From contig CACLUD010000001.1 in assembly GCA_902609995.1 (NCBI GenBank), forward strand, positions 1 through 56,071: 56,071 bases of DNA, read 5' to 3'. The notes beneath the pieces are model-generated. The model did no database searches. It was not told the origin of the DNA and was given only the letters and a program-made list of their open reading frames with translations. Below are positions 1 through 10,746 of this stretch, in pieces. The stretch is from an uncultured Prochlorococcus sp. Lineage in GTDB: Bacteria > Cyanobacteriota > Cyanobacteriia > PCC-6307 > Cyanobiaceae. Every line of letters begins with the position of its first letter. The stretch's first letter is position 1. The translations under genes and the position numbers were made by a program.

Positions 1-1593
1 TATTAAAAAGATGAATTTTTTTCTTAATGATGTTGGAGATACTAATAATTTCTGATAAGCCTTTTGTTTCGAAAATCCTGATAAGTAATTAAAGAGTTCA
101 ATTAAATCTGCAGAGATATCAGGATCTGTTGAAAGAAATCCTATATCTGTGTAATAGCGAGAAGTGTTCGAATTGTAATTTCCAGTTCCAATATGAAAAT
201 AATTCCTTAATCTTCCTTTTTCTTTTCTAACCACTAAAGCAATCTTTGTATGTGTTTTGAAGCCTAGTATTCCATAAACAACATGAATTCCAGCTTGCTC
301 AAGCTGTTTTGCCCATTGGATGTTGTTATCTTCATCAAATCTTGCTTTGAGTTCAACAAGAGTCATTACCTCTTTCCCATTCTCAGCTGCTCTCATTAAG
401 GCTTCAATGATTGGAGAATCTTTTGAAACTCTATAAAGAGTAATTTTAATAGCTAGTACAAATGGGTCGTTTGCAGCTTTATTGATAAATTCTTCTACAG
501 AGGTTTTGAATAAGTCGTACGGATGATGTAGGAGTATATTCTGTTTCCTAAGAATGCTGAAAATTGAGTTAAAGTTTTTATCTTTAGAAGAATGTAACGA
601 TTTTAATAAGGGATGTGTATTTCCAATTAATAAATTTTCTTTTAAGTCCTCTCGATTAATTTTTGTGAGATAATTTAAATCGTCAAGTCCTAATATGCTT
701 TTGCAAAAGTAAATATATTCTTCTGGTATTGCAATACTTTCAATGAGTAACTTTAAAATATTTTGTGGAATGTTTTCTTTTACTTCTAATCTAACTACAT
801 CTCCTCCTAATCTTCTTTTTTGTAAGCTTTGCTCTACGGCAAGAAGTAAGTCGTCAGCTTCAAGTTCTTTTAATTCTAAATCTGCGTCTCTTGTTACTCG
901 GAAAAAAGAATAATTTAAGCATTTCATACCATTAAATAAGGTATTGATATTGTTTCCAATTAAGTCTTCAACAGTTATAAAAAAATGCTCTTTTTCATCT
1001 TCAGTTTCAATAATTTCATTAGGAATTAGTATAAATCTGCCAATATTTTTTGTCGGTATTTTAATTCTTACAAATTGATTTTTTGATTCTTCTCCATCAT
1101 TAATGAGAGCAGCTAAATTAAGACTTAAATTACTTATAAAAGGGAATGGGTGCGCAGGATCAACGACTAATGGGGTTAATAAAGGGAAAATTGAAGATAG
1201 GAAATAGCTATCACACCAATTTTTCTGATTTTCATTGAGTTCAATATACTTTCTTATGAAAATTCCTTTTTTTTTAAGCTCATCATTTAATTCATTATTA
1301 AAATATTTTTCTTGAAGGGTTGTGAGTTTTTTTACTTCTTTGTTAATTTTTTTTAATTGTTCTTTAGGCGTATATCCATCAATACTTTTTTTTCTAATTC
1401 CGGCTTCAACTTGAGCCTTTAATGATGCAACTCTAACCATAAAAAATTCATCAAGATTATTACTGAAAATTGAAAAAAATTTAATTTTATCTAGTACTTT
1501 ATAATTTTTCTCCATCCCGGTGAGAAGAACTCTTTTATTAAAGTCAATCCAACTTAATTCTCTATTAATAAAATTGTTAGCTTCGTATTTCAT
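1..1593 (-). CDS. ppk1: Polyphosphate kinase 1 (5' part; runs off the left window edge)
   Basis: Not in the ORF track. ATG at 1593 on the - strand reads MKYEANNFINRELSWIDFNKRVL, followed by the PPK1 motifs FSNNLDEFFMVRVA, HPFPFISN, LLHHPYD, TLYRVS, VELKARFDE and KTHTKIALVV. Confidence 0.95.
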   Translation of the reverse strand, partial: MKYEANNFINRELSWIDFNKRVLLTGMEKNYKVLDKIKFFSIFSNNLDEFFMVRVASLKAQVEAGIRKKSIDGYTPKEQLKKINKEVKKLTTLQEKYFNNELNDELKKKGIFIRKYIELNENQKNWCDSYFLSSIFPLLTPLVVDPAHPFPFISNLSLNLAALINDGEESKNQFVRIKIPTKNIGRFILIPNEIIETEDEKEHFFITVEDLIGNNINTLFNGMKCLNYSFFRVTRDADLELKELEADDLLLAVEQSLQKRRLGGDVVRLEVKENIPQNILKLLIESIAIPEEYIYFCKSILGLDDLNYLTKINREDLKENLLIGNTHPLLKSLHSSKDKNFNSIFSILRKQNILLHHPYDLFKTSVEEFINKAANDPFVLAIKITLYRVSKDSPIIEALMRAAENGKEVMTLVELKARFDEDNNIQWAKQLEQAGIHVVYGILGFKTHTKIALVVRKEKGRLRNYFHIGTGNYNSNTSRYYTDIGFLSTDPDISADLIELFNYLSGFSKQKAYQKLLVSPTSLRKKFIFLI

Positions 1594-1610
1594 TGAAAGG
1601 ATTATATTCG

Positions 1611-2861
1611 TTAACTATAAGAAATATTTTTATTTTTTCCTTCAGCAATAAGGTAAATCATAAAAAGTAAAATAATTGATCCTGCAATAAATGGTGCTTT
1701 TGGACCAAAATCATCATAAACCCTTCCAGCCATTCCGATACCTAAAACTCCACCAAGACTTTGAAGACCTTGCAAATTACTTAATATTGAGCCCTGGTTA
1801 TCCCCATCTAATTTTTTTGATATTAATGCTCTTAATGTAGGTGTAATTAAACCGGCACCTACAGCTAAGAATGAAACTGCAGAATAAATATTTACCGTCG
1901 CATTTTCTTGAGGGGTAGTTATCAAAAGAAAACATGCTAAGAGAATAAAACCTGAACCAATCAAAGTGAGTTTCATTTCTCCAAATTTTTTTACTAGTGG
2001 ACCAATTAGTCCACCTTGTACAATAATTGCTATCACCCCTACAACTACAAGAGTTCCACTGGATGCCTTAGTTGTCCAATTCAAGGACTCTTGAAGGAAG
2101 AATATTAAAATATTTGTTAGTCCAGTAAAAGCTACGAAATATATAAAAAAAGCAAGAGATAATTTTCTAATTTTTTCTTCTTTAAATACTTTAAATAATT
2201 GTTTTAGAGGATTTTTTAAAATTTGAGTTGATTTATATAATTCTTTTTGAGGCATGGTTTCTGGTAAATAAAAGAATACTAGTATGAAGTTAATAATTGG
2301 AATTATTGAAGCTATTATTACTGGAATAATGAAATTATTATTTGTATTTTTAGCAAAAATAACAACAAATATATTACCCAAGAAGAAACTTAATCCAAAT
2401 GCGACTCCAATAAGTCCAAATGTTTTTGCTCTTTTTTCAGGACTTGAAATATCTGCAAGAATGGTAGTCGCTGTTGCTGCAGTTCCACCACTTAGACCGT
2501 CAATAAGTCTTGCTATAAACAATAAAAATAAGGGGATAGTCGCTAGTGAAGTTGACCAATCAAATAAAACTGTAAATGATAATATTGATATTCCGATGAT
2601 TGAGCCCGTTATACAAAACAAAGTGACAGGTCTTCTTCCATATCTGTCACTCATAAGCCCAATAAAAGGTGAAGCTGTAAATTGTGCTAATTGATAAGTA
2701 CAAGATAGTAAACCATAAGTACTAGCTTTTGAGTCAAATAGTAAAACAAAAGAAGGTAAAATTGGTAAAAGAATACTTTCGCTTAATCGGTCATTTAGGA
2801 GAGTTACAAAAGCACTGAATAAAGTAAATTTTCTACTTGGCCTGAATAAACTTTTTTTCAC
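1611..2861 (-). CDS. MFS transporter, TetA/DHA1-like efflux family
   Basis: About 12 hydrophobic segments; MFS motif A GLMSDRYGRRPV; motif B-like IARLIDGLSGG; GTG start. Confidence 0.85.
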   Translation of the reverse strand: MKKSLFRPSRKFTLFSAFVTLLNDRLSESILLPILPSFVLLFDSKASTYGLLSCTYQLAQFTASPFIGLMSDRYGRRPVTLFCITGSIIGISILSFTVLFDWSTSLATIPLFLLFIARLIDGLSGGTAATATTILADISSPEKRAKTFGLIGVAFGLSFFLGNIFVVIFAKNTNNNFIIPVIIASIIPIINFILVFFYLPETMPQKELYKSTQILKNPLKQLFKVFKEEKIRKLSLAFFIYFVAFTGLTNILIFFLQESLNWTTKASSGTLVVVGVIAIIVQGGLIGPLVKKFGEMKLTLIGSGFILLACFLLITTPQENATVNIYSAVSFLAVGAGLITPTLRALISKKLDGDNQGSILSNLQGLQSLGGVLGIGMAGRVYDDFGPKAPFIAGSIILLFMIYLIAEGKNKNISYS

Positions 2862-2900
2862 AATATTTATCTACAATACAATTTTCTTTTACTACCATAC

Positions 2901-3692
2901 TTGTTAATGGAGATTAATGTGCCCGGTATAGTTTATTTAGTTGGAGCAGGTCCTGGCGATCCTGAGCTGTTAACTTTAAAAGCCTTAAGACTTATCAAAA
3001 GTTGTGATGCTTTGGTCCATGATGCGTTAGTTTCTGCCGAAATCATAAAGGAAATTAATAATAAAACTGAAATATTTAATGTAGGTAAGAGGGCTGGGTT
3101 GTGTTCCGTGCCTCAGGCTGATACTAATTCACTTATTGTGAAATTAGCAAAAGAAGGAAAGAATGTTGTAAGGCTTAAAGGAGGTGATCCTTTTGTTTTC
3201 TCACGAGGTGGTGAAGAAGTATCTTTTTTAGAAAAACATGGGATTTCAGTTGAAATTGTGCCTGGGATAACTTCTGGAATAGCTGCTCCTTCAAATTTTG
3301 GGATCCCATTAACTCATCGAGAAGCAGGAAGCTCTATAACTTTTGTCACTGGACATGAAGATATTAATAAAGATAAAAAGACTGTTAATTGGAGATTGTT
3401 AGCTAAATCATCTGACGGTTTAGTAATTTATATGGGTATGAGAAATATAGAATTTATTGTTAAAGAATTACTTTTAGGCGGATTGGACGAGAATACTAAA
3501 TGTGCCGTTATTCAAGAAGCAACTTTAAATAATCAAAAATGTTTAATTTCAGAATTAAAGAATTTAGTGGAGACAATTTGCAATAAAGGTTTTACTTCAC
3601 CCTCAATTATTGTTATTGGAAGTATTGTTAATTTTAAAGTTAATAACTATGTAAATAATCTACCTGATGCTTTTTTTCCTGAGAAAAAATAA
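2901..3692 (+). CDS. cobA: Uroporphyrinogen-III C-methyltransferase (stand-alone SUMT); likely start ATG 2907
   Basis: VYLVGAGPGDPELLT, RLKGGDPFVFSRGGEE, PGITS and PLTHR motifs. Confidence 0.92.
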   Translation: MLMEINVPGIVYLVGAGPGDPELLTLKALRLIKSCDALVHDALVSAEIIKEINNKTEIFNVGKRAGLCSVPQADTNSLIVKLAKEGKNVVRLKGGDPFVFSRGGEEVSFLEKHGISVEIVPGITSGIAAPSNFGIPLTHREAGSSITFVTGHEDINKDKKTVNWRLLAKSSDGLVIYMGMRNIEFIVKELLLGGLDENTKCAVIQEATLNNQKCLISELKNLVETICNKGFTSPSIIVIGSIVNFKVNNYVNNLPDAFFPEKK

Positions 3693-3694
3693 TC

Positions 3695-4522
3695 TTACTT
3701 ATATAATAAGTCCCAGAAATACTTTGGATCAAAAGTTGTTATAAATTCTATATCATTAACTCTATTTATTTGCCTGCAAGATAAACTATTAATTGCAATC
3801 AAAATATCTTCATTATAAAATTTAGGTAAGATTAATTCTTCCTTGATTATTTTTAATTTTATAGCTTTTTTAACCATAATTCCCTGAAGACATCCACTTT
3901 CTTTTCTTGGTGTTAACCATGTATTTTTTCTTTTAAGTAATATATTAAAAGTACTGCCACAGCATAATTCATCAGATGTATTTAATATTAAACAATCATC
4001 AAATAATTTTTTATTAGCTTCTATTAGTACTTGTATTGATTGATTATACGAAAAAGTTTTACATTGATTAATTAAACTATATTGATTTCTTTTTTCTGTT
4101 TGACTAATAAATGTACTTATTGAAGAAAAATTAGGTTTTATAAGATAAAATTCAATCCATAAATTATTTTTATAATCTTCTTGTAGATCTTTATTAATTC
4201 TAATCGATCTGCCTTTATTCATACCTCTGCTGTAATTAATTCTAATTGATCCTAATTGATGCTTTTTAAGAGATAATTTTGTAATACCTAGATTAATAAC
4301 GTCTTTTAAATGTGATTTATTTAAATTTAAATTCATGTTTAAAACTCTACTGCTATTTTCTAGTCTTTGAATATGTTCGTCTATCAAAACAGCATTATTA
4401 TTTTTTATTAAAATAGTTTCGAATATGCCATCTCCAAACTTAAGACCTCTATCATTTGCTGATATATAAATATTTTCAATATCTAGCCATTTATCTTTAT
4501 GCCAGCCAATACTTAATATCAT
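3695..4522 (-). CDS. pabC: PLP fold-type IV enzyme, probable 4-amino-4-deoxychorismate lyase
   Basis: DRGLKFGDGIFET, HIQRL, candidate PLP lysine in CKTFSY, LTP..SGCLQGI. Start placed at ATG 4522, which forms an ATGA overlap with the pabB stop. Confidence 0.75.
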   Translation of the reverse strand: MILSIGWHKDKWLDIENIYISANDRGLKFGDGIFETILIKNNNAVLIDEHIQRLENSSRVLNMNLNLNKSHLKDVINLGITKLSLKKHQLGSIRINYSRGMNKGRSIRINKDLQEDYKNNLWIEFYLIKPNFSSISTFISQTEKRNQYSLINQCKTFSYNQSIQVLIEANKKLFDDCLILNTSDELCCGSTFNILLKRKNTWLTPRKESGCLQGIMVKKAIKLKIIKEELILPKFYNEDILIAINSLSCRQINRVNDIEFITTFDPKYFWDLLYK

Positions 4523-5838
4523 TTTAATGAATCTAATAAAGGCAAAAGTTTCCACTTGAGTTCTTCTGTTTCATTTTGAGGATCAGAATCACTAACTATC
4601 CCACAACCAGCAGATATATTAATTTTTTTGCCTTTTACTATAAATGATCTTATTAGTATATTGCTATCAAACTCTCCATTCCAGTCAACTTTGATGAAGG
4701 AACCACAGTAAGGGCCCCTTGAGTATTTTTCTATTTCAAATAGTCTTTGGCATGAACGTAATTTTGGAGCCCCAGTTATTGAGCCTCCTGGACAGCAAGC
4801 AATTAGTAAGTCAACCCAGTTTTTATTCTTTTTTAGTTTTCCTCTTATTACAGATGTAAGATGATGTACCTTTAAGTAACTCTCAAGTTTTAATATTTCT
4901 GGAACCTCAACACTTCCTATTTCGCATACTTTGCTTAAATCGTTTCTTAAGAGGTCAACAATCATAATATTTTCAGCTCTATCTTTTTCATTAGTTATCA
5001 AATCTATAGCATTTAATGCATCTTGATTTTCATCTTTGTGTCTAGATCTTGTGCCTTTGATAGGTCTTGATTCGACATATCCTGCTTTGTCTATTTTTAA
5101 AAATCTTTCGGGTGAAGTTGACAACACTGCTTCATTGATTCCCTGTGAATGATTTATCATTATTCCTCCAAAGGGTGCTTGCAATTTTCTTCTTATTTTT
5201 GAATATATGCTTAAACAACTATATGTTTCAAAAGCTTTAACTTCACATTGTGTTGTTAGGTTTGCTTGAAAAATATCTCCAATAGAAATTAATTTCTTAA
5301 CTTTTAAAATATTTTTTTGAAATTCGTTAGTTATTTTTCTTAAATTGATTTTAGAAAAATCAAATTTCAGATTTTTTTTAATAGAATCTTTTTCTGTTTC
5401 AGCATTAATGTTAAAAATTATTTTTTCAAATTTATTTAATTCAGCAGAACTGGTTCCTTCAAGAATTATTTCATTAGAAACTAGATTAAATTTTATAATT
5501 GGATCATATGATGCAATCCACAAAGTCGATATTTCATTATTCTTCCATGGATTTTTTGGTTCGATGTAAGCACTCGCCTCAAAGTTTAACCATCCCATCC
5601 AAAATCCTCTATCAATTTTTTTTAATTTAAAAAATGGATTATTATCTATATCCAAATTATTGATATCTCTAGAGCAAATAATTTCTTTTGGGTTAACCCC
5701 TAAAATAGACCATTCTCCATTATCTTTCCCATCACTATCTAACCAAGACAATCCATGTTCCCCATACTTTGATGCAAAATGATTAGCTATCAATTCTGGG
5801 TCAATCCACTTAGATAACTTTTTTGTTTTAATTCTCAT
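4519..5838 (-). CDS. pabB: Aminodeoxychorismate synthase component I
   Basis: Chorismate-binding fold motifs SPERF, KDRAENIMIVDLLRNDL and PGGSITGAPK; PIKGT is the PabB signature (TrpE has PIAGT). Confidence 0.85.
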   Translation of the reverse strand: MRIKTKKLSKWIDPELIANHFASKYGEHGLSWLDSDGKDNGEWSILGVNPKEIICSRDINNLDIDNNPFFKLKKIDRGFWMGWLNFEASAYIEPKNPWKNNEISTLWIASYDPIIKFNLVSNEIILEGTSSAELNKFEKIIFNINAETEKDSIKKNLKFDFSKINLRKITNEFQKNILKVKKLISIGDIFQANLTTQCEVKAFETYSCLSIYSKIRRKLQAPFGGIMINHSQGINEAVLSTSPERFLKIDKAGYVESRPIKGTRSRHKDENQDALNAIDLITNEKDRAENIMIVDLLRNDLSKVCEIGSVEVPEILKLESYLKVHHLTSVIRGKLKKNKNWVDLLIACCPGGSITGAPKLRSCQRLFEIEKYSRGPYCGSFIKVDWNGEFDSNILIRSFIVKGKKINISAGCGIVSDSDPQNETEELKWKLLPLLDSLK

Positions 5839-6502
5839 TCTTTTTTATTTGCCATTTTTTGAAGGCTGTTTGTCTAATTCTGCAACTATCACATTTCCCA
5901 CAGGGTTCTAAATCTCCTGAATAACAACTCCATGTTTTTTCTAGAGGAACATTATTATCAAAAGCTAATTGAATAATATCTTCTTTATTTAAATCTAGTA
6001 AAGGTGTCCAAAGTTTAATGGGATTTTCTTCTCTTCCACGTTTGTTAGCAAGATTAGCTAATTCTTGAAACTTTTTAATGTAATCAGGTCTGCAATCAGG
6101 ATAACCAGAATAATCTAATGCATTAACACCTAAGCCTATTAAATCAGCATTTATTGCCTCAGCATAACTTAACGCAACAGAAATAAAGATTGTATTTCTT
6201 CCAGGTACATAAGTGTTGGGAATTATATTTTGCTGTATACCATCAACAGGTAAATCTTTTTTTATATCCGTAAGAGATGATCCGCCCCACATAGATAAAT
6301 CAAGTTTTACTATTTTGAATTCATCTATTTCAAAGTGCCTGGCTATTGTTATTGCGGAATCTAATTCTTTTTTATGTCTTTGTCCGTAATCAAAAGATAA
6401 GCCAAATATTTTAGCTTTTGATGCTTTTGCTAAGCCTGTAACAGTAGAAGAATCTAAACCTCCTGATAATAAAATTACTGTAGATTTATTTCTTAAATCC
6501 AT
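5828..6502 (-). CDS. queC: 7-cyano-7-deazaguanine synthase
   Basis: SGGLDS PP-loop, TYVPGRN, YPDCR and the C-terminal zinc motif SCY..CGKCDSC. Confidence 0.95.
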   Translation of the reverse strand: MDLRNKSTVILLSGGLDSSTVTGLAKASKAKIFGLSFDYGQRHKKELDSAITIARHFEIDEFKIVKLDLSMWGGSSLTDIKKDLPVDGIQQNIIPNTYVPGRNTIFISVALSYAEAINADLIGLGVNALDYSGYPDCRPDYIKKFQELANLANKRGREENPIKLWTPLLDLNKEDIIQLAFDNNVPLEKTWSCYSGDLEPCGKCDSCRIRQTAFKKWQIKKNEN

Positions 6503-6507
6503 ACAAA

Positions 6508-7179
6508 TTATCTAATATTTAAGTATTTATGTGTCTGAAGACTTAACTTCCATTCAGGATTATTTTTAACAAAGTCTATTGTTAGTGAAAACCCATTAAC
6601 GTTTTCCCATGCAGGCTGTAAATAATATTTTCTATCTAACTTATCAAAATCGCTATTTGATGATAAGTTCTGATATTTGTTCATTATTTCCTGCTTCATA
6701 TCAACAGCAAAATCAATATCTTTTTCATCGTTGATAATTATTTTTAATTCATTACAATTTTTCAAAAAATAAGTTCTGGGGGGTGAATGTCTTTTTGGAG
6801 ATAAAGTAATCCAATCATAATTGCCTGATATTTTGTTTACGCCACTTGTTTCAATATGAATATTGATTGGGTTTTGATTTTCTTTAGAAGTTTCTCTATT
6901 TATTGCTTGGCACAAATTATCTAAATTATGGTGTAAAGGTTCACCACCAGTGATAACTAAAAAAGATGCTCCTTTTTTTCGAGCCTTTTTTATTTCATCT
7001 ATGATTTCTTTGATTTCTATTAAAGGGTATTTTTTCTCATCCCATGAATGTTTAGTATCGCACCATGAACATCCAACGTTACAGCCAGCTAGTCTTATAA
7101 AAAAAGCACTTTGGCCTGTGTGAAAACCCTCTCCTTGTAATGAATGAAACTTTTCTATTAATGGTAAGAAATTTGTCAT
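6508..7179 (-). CDS. queE: 7-carboxy-7-deazaguanine synthase (radical SAM)
   Basis: FHSLQGEG, CxxxCxxC (CNVGCSWCDT), TGGEP, IETSG, SPK and LQTHK; adjacent to queC. Confidence 0.92.
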   Translation of the reverse strand: MTNFLPLIEKFHSLQGEGFHTGQSAFFIRLAGCNVGCSWCDTKHSWDEKKYPLIEIKEIIDEIKKARKKGASFLVITGGEPLHHNLDNLCQAINRETSKENQNPINIHIETSGVNKISGNYDWITLSPKRHSPPRTYFLKNCNELKIIINDEKDIDFAVDMKQEIMNKYQNLSSNSDFDKLDRKYYLQPAWENVNGFSLTIDFVKNNPEWKLSLQTHKYLNIR

Positions 7180-7206
7180 TATTTCATTTAAGAAAACTAA
7201 ATAATA

Positions 7207-8817
7207 TCAATTTGATTGCTTTAGTTGTTCCTGTGATGCTTTGATCAAACCTTTAAATAATGGATGTGGCTTTCCTGGCCTTGATAAGAATTCAGGATGG
7301 TATTGACATGCTAAAAAATATGGATGATCAACTAATTCAATTAACTCCACTAATCTTCCATCTGGTGATGTGCCACTAATTTTGTATCCCGAATCTAAAA
7401 AACTTTGTTTGTAGTAATTATTAAATTCATATCTATGTCGATGTCTTTCATATATAACATCTTCGTTATACAAGTTTTTACCAGTTGTATTTTTTTGAAG
7501 TCTACAAGGATAAACTCCCAATCTCATGGTGCCTCCAAGATCAACAATATCTTCTTGTTCAGGTAATAAATGTATAACAGGGTTTGGAGAGTCTGGGTTT
7601 AATTCCGAGCTAGATGCACCCGGTAATTTAGCTATATTTCTTGCCCATTCTATTACTGCGCATTGCATACCTAAACATAACCCTAGGAAAGGGATTTTCT
7701 TTTCTCTTGCAAATTGTATTGCTTCAATCTTTCCATTCACACCTCTATTTCCAAATCCTCCTGGGACGACAATAGCATCAACATCATTTAAATACTCTTT
7801 GGCTGATTTCTCCTCGATCATTTCAGCACTTACCCAACACAAATCTAATAAAGCCTTCTGTTCAATGCATGCATGTCTTAAGGCCTCTACTACTGAAAGA
7901 TATGCATCACCAAGTTCTATATATTTTCCAACTAAAGCAACTTTTATAGGGTTACTAGGATTTCTAAGATTATGAATTATTTTTTCCCAATTCTCTAAAT
8001 CGCATTCTTTATCTTCGAGTTCTAGACATTTTAAAGTCTCTTTACATAAACCTTCATTCTTTAAAGAAAGAGGAACTGAATAAATACTATCAGCATCTAA
8101 TGCTTCAATTACACAATTAAGATTAACTCCGCAGAAACCACTGAGTTTGCTTTTGAGCCCTTCATTAATTTCTTTATCACTCCTGCATACAAGTAAATCT
8201 GGTTGTATACCGATGGATCTTAATTCCTTAACAGAATGTTGTGTAGGTTTAGTTTTTATTTCACCAGAAGTTTTGATGTAGGGAAGCAAAGTTACGTGGA
8301 TATAAGCAACATCATTTTTGTTAACATCATTTTTAAATTCTCTTATCGCTTCTAAAAATGGTAAAGATTCGATATCTCCTACTGTTCCACCAATCTCAGT
8401 TATAACAATATCAGCATTGCTGTTAGCTGCTACTCTATGAATCCTTTCTCTTATTTCTCCTGTGATGTGAGGAATAACTTGCACTGTACCTCCGTTATAA
8501 TTCCCTCTTCTTTCTTTATTAATAACTGCTTGATAAATAGATCCTGTCGTAACACTATTTAAACGAGTCATTGCAGTATCAGTAAATCTCTCATAGTGAC
8601 CTAAATCTAAATCTGTTTCAGCTCCATCTTCGGTAACGAAAACTTCGCCATGCTGAAACGGACTCATTGTTCCTGGGTCAACATTTAGATAAGGATCAAG
8701 TTTAAGTATTGAAACGCTATATCCTCTTGATTTTAATAATCTTCCTAAGCTTGCGGCAACAATACCTTTTCCAATGCTAGAAACAACTCCTCCAGTAACA
8801 AAAACAAATTTTGACAT
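7207..8817 (-). CDS. pyrG: CTP synthase
   Basis: [39 protein letters not shown] and QYHPEF. Confidence 0.98.
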   Translation of the reverse strand: MSKFVFVTGGVVSSIGKGIVAASLGRLLKSRGYSVSILKLDPYLNVDPGTMSPFQHGEVFVTEDGAETDLDLGHYERFTDTAMTRLNSVTTGSIYQAVINKERRGNYNGGTVQVIPHITGEIRERIHRVAANSNADIVITEIGGTVGDIESLPFLEAIREFKNDVNKNDVAYIHVTLLPYIKTSGEIKTKPTQHSVKELRSIGIQPDLLVCRSDKEINEGLKSKLSGFCGVNLNCVIEALDADSIYSVPLSLKNEGLCKETLKCLELEDKECDLENWEKIIHNLRNPSNPIKVALVGKYIELGDAYLSVVEALRHACIEQKALLDLCWVSAEMIEEKSAKEYLNDVDAIVVPGGFGNRGVNGKIEAIQFAREKKIPFLGLCLGMQCAVIEWARNIAKLPGASSSELNPDSPNPVIHLLPEQEDIVDLGGTMRLGVYPCRLQKNTTGKNLYNEDVIYERHRHRYEFNNYYKQSFLDSGYKISGTSPDGRLVELIELVDHPYFLACQYHPEFLSRPGKPHPLFKGLIKASQEQLKQSN

Positions 8818-8891
8818 GAAATATTCTTAATTAAGCACAATATCCTTATACTTTATTTAAACAAAAAATTTATTGATCATCCATAAATAGT

Positions 8892-10688
8892 TTATTCATC
8901 AATTGTTATTTCAATATCTAATTCTTTTAATTGGGATTTGGAGACATTTGAAGGTGCGTTCGTAAGAAGACAATTTGCTTGTTGATTTTTTGGAAAAGCG
9001 ATTGTTTCTCTAATTGAATCTTCACCCAAAATAAGCATTGTTAACCGATCTACCCCAAATGCTATTCCCCCATGAGGTGGAGCACCCATTTCGAGAGCTT
9101 CAATTAAAAAACCAAATTTCTCATCAATTTGAGTATCTGTCAATCCAACCGTTCGAAGAACCTCTCTTTGCATTTCGGCTTGATGGATACGCAGAGAACC
9201 ACCTCCTAACTCTAATCCATTTAGCACTAAGTCATAAGCATGTGCTAAGGAGCTCTCTATTTTTTCTTTTAATTCTCTTGAATCTTCAATCTTAATATTT
9301 TTAGGAGAACAAAAAGGGTGGTGTAAAGCTTCAAATCTTTTTTCTTCTTCATTCATCTCAAACATAGGAAAATCTGTGACCCACAAAAAGTTCCATTTAT
9401 CTTTTTCTACTAATTTTAAATCTTTTGCAATATATTGCCTGACTCTATCTAATGATTGATTTACAATTTGCGTATTTCCTGCTCCTAAAAGAATTAAGTC
9501 CCCATCTTTTGCTCCTGTTATTTTTAAAATTTTAGAAATATGATCCTTATTTAAATTATTTTTTATTGCCCCAATTGTTTCAAGTTCGTCTCCTTTAACT
9601 CTTATAAAAGCTAGACCTCCAGCTCCTGCATCTTGGGCAACTTTAAAAATATCTCCTCCAGGTTTGATGCGAACGTTACTAATACTTTTGTTGCCATCTT
9701 TAATAGTTATGGATTTTATTGCGCCACCCATCTGAATTGCTTTTGTGAAAATATTAAAACCAATATTCCCAAGTATCTCTCCCAAATTTTTTAGTAACAT
9801 TTCATATCTTGTGTCTGGTCTATCTGTGCCATAGTTGTCCATGGCTTCTTGCCAAGTCATTCTTGGAAACTCCTCATTGAAGTTTATATTTAGTACATTT
9901 TTCCAAATATTTTTTATTAGTTTTTCATTAAAAGAAATGATTTCTTCTTCACTTACAAAACTCATTTCAATATCAAGCTGAGTAAATTCTGGTTGTCTAT
10001 CAGCTCTTAGGTCTTCATCACGGAAACATTTTGCGATTTGATAGTACTTGTCTAACCCTCCTACCATTAAAAGTTGTTTAAATAATTGCGGAGATTGCGG
10101 TAAAGCAAAAAACTCACCGTTTGAAAGCCTCGCTGGAACTAAAAAATCTCTAGCTCCTTCTGGAGTCGATTTTGTCAGTAATGGTGTTTCTACCTCTGTA
10201 AACCCAGAATTATCAAGATATTCTCTTACTGCTTTGATAATTTTATGCCTTGTTTTTAAATTTTTGAGTAATTTTCCTCTTCTAAGATCTAAATATCTAT
10301 ATTTTAGTCTAAGCTCTTCTTTTGTATTTTCATAATCATGTACTGAGATAGGAAATGGTAAATTATTTTTTATTTGATTAAGAATTTGTAGATCTTTAAC
10401 TTTTAGTTCTAACTCTCCAGTGAGAATATTTTTATTTATCGAATCCTTTGGCCTTTCATTAACAATTCCATTAACCATTATCACAGTTTCATTTCTTAAA
10501 ATCTCAGCCTGTTTAAAAAGAGTCTCACCATCTTCAGGATTAATAGTAATTTGCATAAATCCACTATGATCACGCAAATCTATAAAAATTACTCCACCAT
10601 GATCTCTTCTTCGATCAACCCATCCACATAAATTAACTACTTTCCCAATATCTGACTTATTGAGTTCTTCACAAATTTTGTTTCGCAT
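8892..10688 (-). CDS. aspS: Aspartate--tRNA ligase (bacterial type with GAD domain)
   Basis: [38 protein letters not shown] and [14 protein letters not shown]. Confidence 0.97.
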   Translation of the reverse strand: MRNKICEELNKSDIGKVVNLCGWVDRRRDHGGVIFIDLRDHSGFMQITINPEDGETLFKQAEILRNETVIMVNGIVNERPKDSINKNILTGELELKVKDLQILNQIKNNLPFPISVHDYENTKEELRLKYRYLDLRRGKLLKNLKTRHKIIKAVREYLDNSGFTEVETPLLTKSTPEGARDFLVPARLSNGEFFALPQSPQLFKQLLMVGGLDKYYQIAKCFRDEDLRADRQPEFTQLDIEMSFVSEEEIISFNEKLIKNIWKNVLNINFNEEFPRMTWQEAMDNYGTDRPDTRYEMLLKNLGEILGNIGFNIFTKAIQMGGAIKSITIKDGNKSISNVRIKPGGDIFKVAQDAGAGGLAFIRVKGDELETIGAIKNNLNKDHISKILKITGAKDGDLILLGAGNTQIVNQSLDRVRQYIAKDLKLVEKDKWNFLWVTDFPMFEMNEEEKRFEALHHPFCSPKNIKIEDSRELKEKIESSLAHAYDLVLNGLELGGGSLRIHQAEMQREVLRTVGLTDTQIDEKFGFLIEALEMGAPPHGGIAFGVDRLTMLILGEDSIRETIAFPKNQQANCLLTNAPSNVSKSQLKELDIEITIDE

Positions 10689-10746
10689 CTAGAAATGACT
10701 TATTGAGCAATAATTAACAATAATAATTCTTCAAGGGTAAATTTAG

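Noticed and set aside
2284-2694. Antisense and nested ORFs in the track (e.g. 2284-2694, 7526-7975, 10048-10335, 25903-26178, 28639-28977, 42364-42813, 47437-47721, 49390-49674, 54174-54425)
   Set aside because: They lie wholly within well-supported conserved genes and show no motifs; they are expected shadow ORFs.
5828-7179. queC/queE as part of a Qat-type anti-phage or Dpd DNA-modification system
   Set aside because: Both proteins have canonical length and motifs and sit in a housekeeping operon, with no dpdA/tgt paralogue, TatD or ATPase partner nearby.
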